This document shows, piece by piece, positions 58,008 to 64,000 of a stretch of 64,000 bases of DNA (within the stretch, counting starts at the first letter, position 1; each line of letters begins with the position of its first letter). The stretch is from NCBI GenBank assembly GCA_008632985.1, contig QPGO01000049.1:248001-312000 (forward strand). The letters are read 5' to 3'. The position numbers and the translations under genes were made by a program. The stretch comes from Psammoneis japonica (taxonomy: Eukaryota). A model generated the notes under the pieces. That model was not told the DNA's origin, made no database searches, and saw nothing but the letters and a program-made list of their open reading frames with translations.

Positions 58008-59655
58008 ACAAAGAAGGGCATCACAACAACTGGCTCCTCAATGACACCTGCCATTGGCAGGCACAGGTCATGGTCCCCACAACATGCTTGCAAAGTGCCA
58101 TGCCAACAGGCGCTGCAGCCCTGCTTGGCTTTGTTGATGTTGTGCCCAAGAGACCCTGCATTTCAACCATGTCAACACTCACAGCATGGATTGTCATGCC
58201 AGTGCAAATGGAGGACACAGCATTGTCAGTTTTGCAGTGAAACCTCCAAGTGTCCAGCACTGTTTTGCAGAAGGAAAGTTTGATTTGGGCAGCATCTCCT
58301 TGGACAGCCTTGCCAAGCACAAGAGTGCAACTCCTGTCTGCAGCTTTGGTGGTTGTGTTTTTTAAAATGGTGGGTCTTTTGAGTCTGGCAAAGGCCAGCC
58401 AGGGCCAATTGTCATTTTCTGCTGGATGCATTTATCCTGTCAGGCTTTCTGAATGTGAGTGCATCACAGTGCAGTTGAGCAGAACTTTCATGAAAGAGGA
58501 GTGGTGTCTGCCTTGCATCTGTCAATGTGGGGCTTGCCTTTCATCACCTTTGCCTTCTTTCCAGCAAAGCAGCCAATCCAGCAAAGCAGCCAACAGGAAT
58601 CATTGTGGCTCTCAGAGCCATTGCATGGAAATTGTGTGGAACTGCAGCACCAAGAACAATTGTCATCAACCTGTCCATCCATCTGCACCTGAATGTCAAC
58701 TTCTTGGGAAATCAATTGAAACGTTGTCTGATCAAAGGCGTTGCTCTTTGCCATGTAAATCAAGGTGCCTTTGATCAAATGGCATTTCAACTGAGTTCCC
58801 ACAAAGTCATTAGCTCTGATCACTCTCTCATGTGACACTGTGTGCTTTTCCACATGATTTTGCATTTTCTCTTGTGTGAAATGTTGGTTGTGGCTGATGT
58901 GACATTTTTGAATGATTTCTGTTGCAAGTTCTTTTCTGGATGGCATCATCAACAGGTGCTGTTCTGCTGACTGCCCTGCCATTTTTGGCTGTGCTGCTCT
59001 TGCTGGTTTCTGTAGACTTGACCCACTTGGGTGGCTTTGTTGGATGCAAATGGCAATTGTTGGCAATGTGTTAAACCAAAACAAGCTGTCTAGAACAAGC
59101 AAACAGTCTCGGTTGTGCATTGTGGTTGTCTTGCTGCCATTCAATGTTGTGCCTTGCTTTGGCTGTTGCAATGATGTCTTGTCAAGCACAGCTGCTGCTG
59201 GTCTTCCTGTTGTGGTGGGGTCTTTGTGCTCCTGATTGGAGGTGCCTTCACCTTTGGGTGCATGTGTGTCAAGTTGTTTTTCATCCTGACAGATGTCTGG
59301 ATGGGACAGCATTGCTCAGTGTTTGGATTTCTGTTTTTTTTTTGTTGTCTGCATTTTGACATCATTGACTTGTGCTGGAGTGTCAATCCTTTTCAACTGC
59401 ACTTGCCACTGAGTGTGCAGATGAGCACTGCAATTGGTGGTGGCAGTTTTTTGACACTGGTGCAGCATCAATCTGGCTCTGGAGGTGATGAGTTTTCTGA
59501 CTCCTGTCTTTTGTGCTTTGGATCTGTGGCATGGGGTTTGTTCTTGGAGTTGTCTTTTTGGCAAAATTGTCCCATCTGCTGGCATCTGGTCAAGATCAAA
59601 CTGGGGTTGTGAAATGTGTCAAAATGGAGGATGGCCCAGAAATGCAAGGGTTGTC
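58008..59655 (+). pseudogene. Degenerate copy of the TM9SF middle and 3' end
   Basis: 58008-58319 aligns with about 36705-37007, 58320-58571 with 37411-37668, then an insertion 58572-58923, then 58924-59655 with 37666-38505 (MLLIGGAFTFGCMCVKLFF versus MLLIGGAFTFGCIYVELFF). Confidence 0.93.
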
Positions 59656-60516
59656 ATTGTCTCAATTTTGCATCATTTCAAATTGAAAAATGGCTGCCAG
59701 CAATTGCAACATTGTTGGAACCCACAGTGGTGGACATGAGTGCGTTTTGTGCCAAAGTTGTTGCAAGCACTCCTCTGCATTGTGCTTCTACATTGTGCAC
59801 AAGTGATCCATGGGATGGGATGGCAGTGCCAACTTGGGGTCATTCTGCAATCAAAGGTTGCCTGGCCTCATTCAATGAAAAGCCATGATGTTTTTTTTTC
59901 TCCAAGCTTCTGCTTCCCAGCCTGCAGTGACTCACACCACTTTGACCACACCATGTTGTCCAGGTCCCAGCCAGTGTCAGGCAGACACTTTTTGTGGCAA
60001 ATGCTTGCCAGCAGCCCCCACGTGTGTTTCTGCTCACCTTCTCGTGCTGATGTGCCCTTCTCAGACGGCACTGTGCTGGGTCTCCCAAGACCATTCTGCC
60101 CATTTCAACCAATGGCACACCCTTGTTTCAGCATGTTGAGCAATGTTTCTAAGTAGAAAATGACTGGTGTTGACTTCTTGTGCATGGCTCACATGCTCGT
60201 TGATCTTTTTTGACTCAAGAAATTTCCCACATGGACTCCAGTGCAAATTCCACACACGTCAGCAACAACCACCCAACAAATGCTGTGTCGACACTGTCAA
60301 CACTCTGAAGTGCTCACACCCATGCCCACTGGTTCTCAATGACCTTCTTTGTCTCCATCGGCCAATCAAGTGCTCCACTCTACTTGGCGAAAGCATCTCC
60401 TCTGTTGTGGCACTGATGAGCATTGATGTGAGTCTTCCTTTGGCACCAAGCAATGATCATCCTTTTGTTGCACATGTTGGCATTTCTGCACAAGATCTGG
60501 CATGATTTCTACACAA

Positions 60517-61214
60517 GACAAATGTTTTTTCCCATGACTGACACGGTTCATCTTCATGGCTTCTTGTTTCATGCCTGCAAGCCCTGTGCTGCCCAGCTTC
60601 TGCATGCTGGCTAATCAAGCTTGCCACTTTGAGTGGCGGTCTTGCTGTTCTTGCCATGGTTCCTCAAGGTGTGCAAATGAGACACCTCATGATGCCAGTT
60701 GGCATCTTTCAATCAAGCAAATTCCAGGGTCCCTTTTTGCTTCCTTTGTGGCTCCTGTTGAATTTTTCTCCAAATGCAACTGTCCTCTGTGGTTGTGGTG
60801 TAACTGACATGTGCATCACCAGCAAGACTGCAGTGAACTCCAAGTGTTGTTCTCTCTGGGTTTCACATGAGACAAATGTTTTTTCCAATGACCCAACAAG
60901 GTCCATCTTCACTGCTTCTTGTTTCACACCTGCAAGTCCTGTGCCACCTCACTTCTGTCTTCTGGCCAACCAAGCTCACCACTTTGAGTGGTGATCTCAC
61001 TGTTCTTGCTGTGGTTCCTCAAGGTGTGCAAATGAGATGCCTCATGATGCCAGTTGGTGCCTGTTGCTCTCAAGCAAATTCCAGGGTCCCTTTTGCTTCC
61101 TTTGTGGCTCCTGTTGATTTTTTTTTCAAATGCAACTGTCCTCTGCAGTTGTGGTGCAACCAACGTGTGCATCACCAGCAAGACTGCAGCAAACTCCAAG
61201 TGTTGCTCTCTCTG
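60517..61214 (+). repeat. Tandem duplication, period about 354 bp
   Basis: 60517-60858 aligns with 60871-61214. Confidence 0.9.
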
Positions 61215-61396
61215 TTTCAACCATTTCCATTGGGCATTGCCTCTGGGAGATGCCACACTTCAGGTTGATTGCATGAGCTTCTGCCGCACTCCTTGATCAG
61301 TGTGCTGGAACTGTGGGTCAGCCAGCACCAGTGTTGCTGGGCAAAGGTGCAACAGCACTTTAAATCATGTTTGTTTGTTTTTTGTCTGTGCACAGG

Positions 61397-61592
61397 AGGC
61401 AGAGAGCATTGCAAGTGCCAGCTGCTGGAGTTGAGTTGCCAGTGCAGCCTGGGAGGAGGATGGTGCTGCAGTGCCAGTCACTGGCATTTTCTGTTTGCGC
61501 ACAGGCAGAGAGCATTGCAAGTGCCAGCTGCTGGAGTTGAGTCACCAGTGCAGCCTGGGAGGAGGATGGTGCTGCAGCGCCAGTCACTGGCA
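61397..61592 (+). repeat. Two 90-bp direct repeats, period 106 bp
   Basis: 61397-61486 versus 61503-61592; differences are TG/CA and TG/CG. Confidence 0.9.
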
Positions 61593-61599
61593 GCAACAA

Positions 61600-62990
61600 G
61601 GACAAAACAAAGGAGTGTTTTAGCTGGAGAGCACAGTGAGGGCTCTTTTCCAAGCATTTGTCAAGTAAAATTTGCTGATTGCGCAGCTGGTTTGCCCCAT
61701 TTAGTTGACAGGCAAGCTGGGGCAATCTCTCCAGTGCTTTGAATTGCAGCACTGCTTTGCAAACTTCCTTTGCCTGGTGTTTTTTTTCTCCTTGGCAGGC
61801 TCAGACTTCAACAGCAGAGGCACACTGGTGTCACTTGTGGCGCTGACCCACCAGGTGGCTGTCTGGCTGCTCCCCACCCCCAGCCAGAAATCCATCAAAA
61901 GACTGCAAGGGCAGTGGTCTTGTTGTCCCATCAGAACAAAAAAAGGACTCCAGAGCTGGAATGTGCAGTGGCAGTGCATCAATGACAAAACACCATCTCT
62001 CTCAAGACTGCTTTCAATGCAACCTTCCTCTTTCCACAAACCAACAAACATCGCAGGTGGGAGTGAGCACATGCAATGGGATGGACAGCTGGATGGATCT
62101 GGCACAACAACCTGATTTTGGCAAATTGAGAATCCCAACATCTGGGTTGCTTTGGGTGGGTTGGACAGCCACCACCTCCTGGTTGCTTGAGGCATCACAT
62201 GTTGCACACACAAAGCTGGGTGTTGTCATGCCACATGATGTGGCACTTTGAAGTTGCACCCCATGCAATGCTCAGAACAACAAAGAAGTGCATCTCATGC
62301 CATGGAACTTGATTGTTTGTACATCAATGGCCACAAAGTTGATCAAGATGAGAGTTTTGTCATCACACCACAACAAGACAGTGGAAGATTTTGATGGTTG
62401 TGCTGGATTTCTTGGCACTGTTGACTGTCATGCCACATTCAGACACGCCAACAAACAGTGTGTTTGCTGACTTCCACAGGGCTCTCACAACTGCTGCGTG
62501 AACAAGTCCAAAATCACTGGGTTTGTTTCTGCTGTGCAGCAGATGCAATCATCATCAGCATCTGAGGAGTGCACGTGCACCGGCATGAACAGAGTCATTT
62601 TTTTCTTCCAGCTTCCCATGGCAGATGCACAAAATGATGTTTTGATTTCCGGTGTCAACAATGCATCTTGCACGATGTGGCAAGAGGAGCACTTGAATGT
62701 TTTTTTTCTGAAGAGAGTGGAGGAGCGCCAACTTGTGTGTCAAATGCAGCTGTTGGATGCTGTGAACAATTGTCGGCACCCACGACTCTCTCACATCGAA
62801 TGGCAGTTGTGTCCACAGATGACGCCATGCATGGATGAGATCAGCTGCACTTGCTTCTCTCATGCCCCCATCTCCCCTTGTTTGGGAAGTTTTTGCTTCC
62901 TCATCAAAGAGGCAGTCTCAGCCACAACACCTGCCTTGTTCTTTTCCACCCTGCGGTGTCAGCGCAGCTTGGCTGTGTGATGTGGCACAT
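61600..62990 (-). mobile_element. Possible degenerate LINE 3' fragment
   Basis: AADLIHAWRHLWTQLPFDVRESWV resembles the RNase H region of diatom LINEs; otherwise eroded. Confidence 0.35.
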
Positions 62991-63037
62991 GATGTGCTTT
63001 GTCACGGGACAGTGCATGAAACCCAACAGTGCAACAA

Positions 63038-63290
63038 GGCCTGTTCCAGCTCCAGGTGCTCCTCGAAGGTTCGATTCCCATCTTTTGTGCATTTGGCGCA
63101 ATTGACTTTTTCCAAATCCGTTTTTTGCCAAATCGAGGGGCAAGTGCACTCTTTGCATGTGTTTTCGGGTGCACACTCACCTCTTGATTTTTGAAACGAT
63201 CAAAATTGAAGGAGTCAATTGAAGCCAAACTGCGCAGAAAATCGGCCTCTCTCGCGATGAAAAGCGGATCACCTGGAGCTGGAACAGGCC
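63038..63290. mobile_element. 253-bp MITE-like element
   Basis: Perfect 21-bp terminal inverted repeats GGCCTGTTCCAGCTCCAGGTG (63038-63058) and its reverse complement (63270-63290); no clear target-site duplication. Confidence 0.7.
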
Positions 63291-64000
63291 ACAAGTGGGA
63301 GCTTCAAACCACCGGCGATTGGATCTGGAATCAGCTCGTTGAGCTCATTCCAAATCCATGCTCAAATGGATCGGAGTGCGCTCTCTCTGGCCTCCGCTGG
63401 CCAGTGGCTGCTCTCTGCTGCTGGCTGCCAGCTGGCTGGCAGCAGCGGCAGCACAGCCAGCGGCTGTCCTTCCTTGAGTCTGTGCGTCGTCCACACAGGA
63501 ACTAATTTTGCCCCCAGCGGACACTCTGGGTTGAGGATGGATCGTCCAGATGATGTCTGTTTGCGCATGAGCTTGCATTTTTTTGAAAAAACCTGGATTT
63601 CTCACGCTGGATGCGCGTGCTCGCCAACAAAACATTTTCAGCGATGGGCCGAACTTTGTCCCTTTGAAAGACATCACAGAAGGTGTTGGTGATGGTTGTG
63701 ACCATGCGCGATCTTTAGCTTGACGACTGTGGGTGTGTCCACAGACAGTCAAACGCCAGTTGTCGGCATTTCCTGGAAAGTCGTGGCTTGTCTCCCATGA
63801 GCAGTGCGATTTTGGCGAAAAATGGCGGTTTGTCGAATTTGACAACTGCACCGAATCCGACAATTGGCATTTGAAGGTTGAAATGTGCAGCTCGCATGCA
63901 GGCCCAACAGCCCTGATGGGGGCTGGACACACTCACAAGTGTTTGGGGGTGCTCAGAGGCATCGCAAAATGACACGGGCGAAGTGCAGGGAAATTGCAAA

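Noticed and set aside
1690..64000. Classical fungal RIP or CpG methylation decay as the sole explanation
   Set aside because: RIP creates TA and CpG decay cannot remove it; here TA is the dinucleotide lost, including where CG is retained.

Overview
Eukaryotic nuclear DNA, most likely a pennate diatom (CoDi-type copia element, CRE and RNase H-type LINEs, introns of about 90 bp, diatom-type STAND ATPase). The window is a mosaic of two sequence states. (1) Islands of intact genes with normal TpA content: RAD21/REC8 5' part, a secreted M14 carboxypeptidase-vWA-HYR protein, a class 3 lipase, a STAND/AAA ATPase, an EcKinase-like protein, TRM61 and a TM9SF nonaspanin. (2) Long blocks (about 1.7-5.6, 9.85-13.9, 24.5-26.1, 30.1-32.6 and 39.2-64 kb) of transposons and duplicated host-gene copies in which TpA has been almost erased by TA->TG and TA->CA transitions, with additional CpG->TG/CA loss in the older parts. 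Internal comparisons fix the direction and specificity: LTR pair, direct and tandem repeats, intact gene versus dead copy, and conserved Tyr codons turned into Cys or His. This points to a repeat- or heterochromatin-targeted A:T->G:C hypermutation process at TpA, the reverse of fungal RIP, which is the best candidate for an undescribed system here. All alignments and composition statements were made by eye; no database search or computation was run, and a base-calling artefact must be excluded with independent reads.
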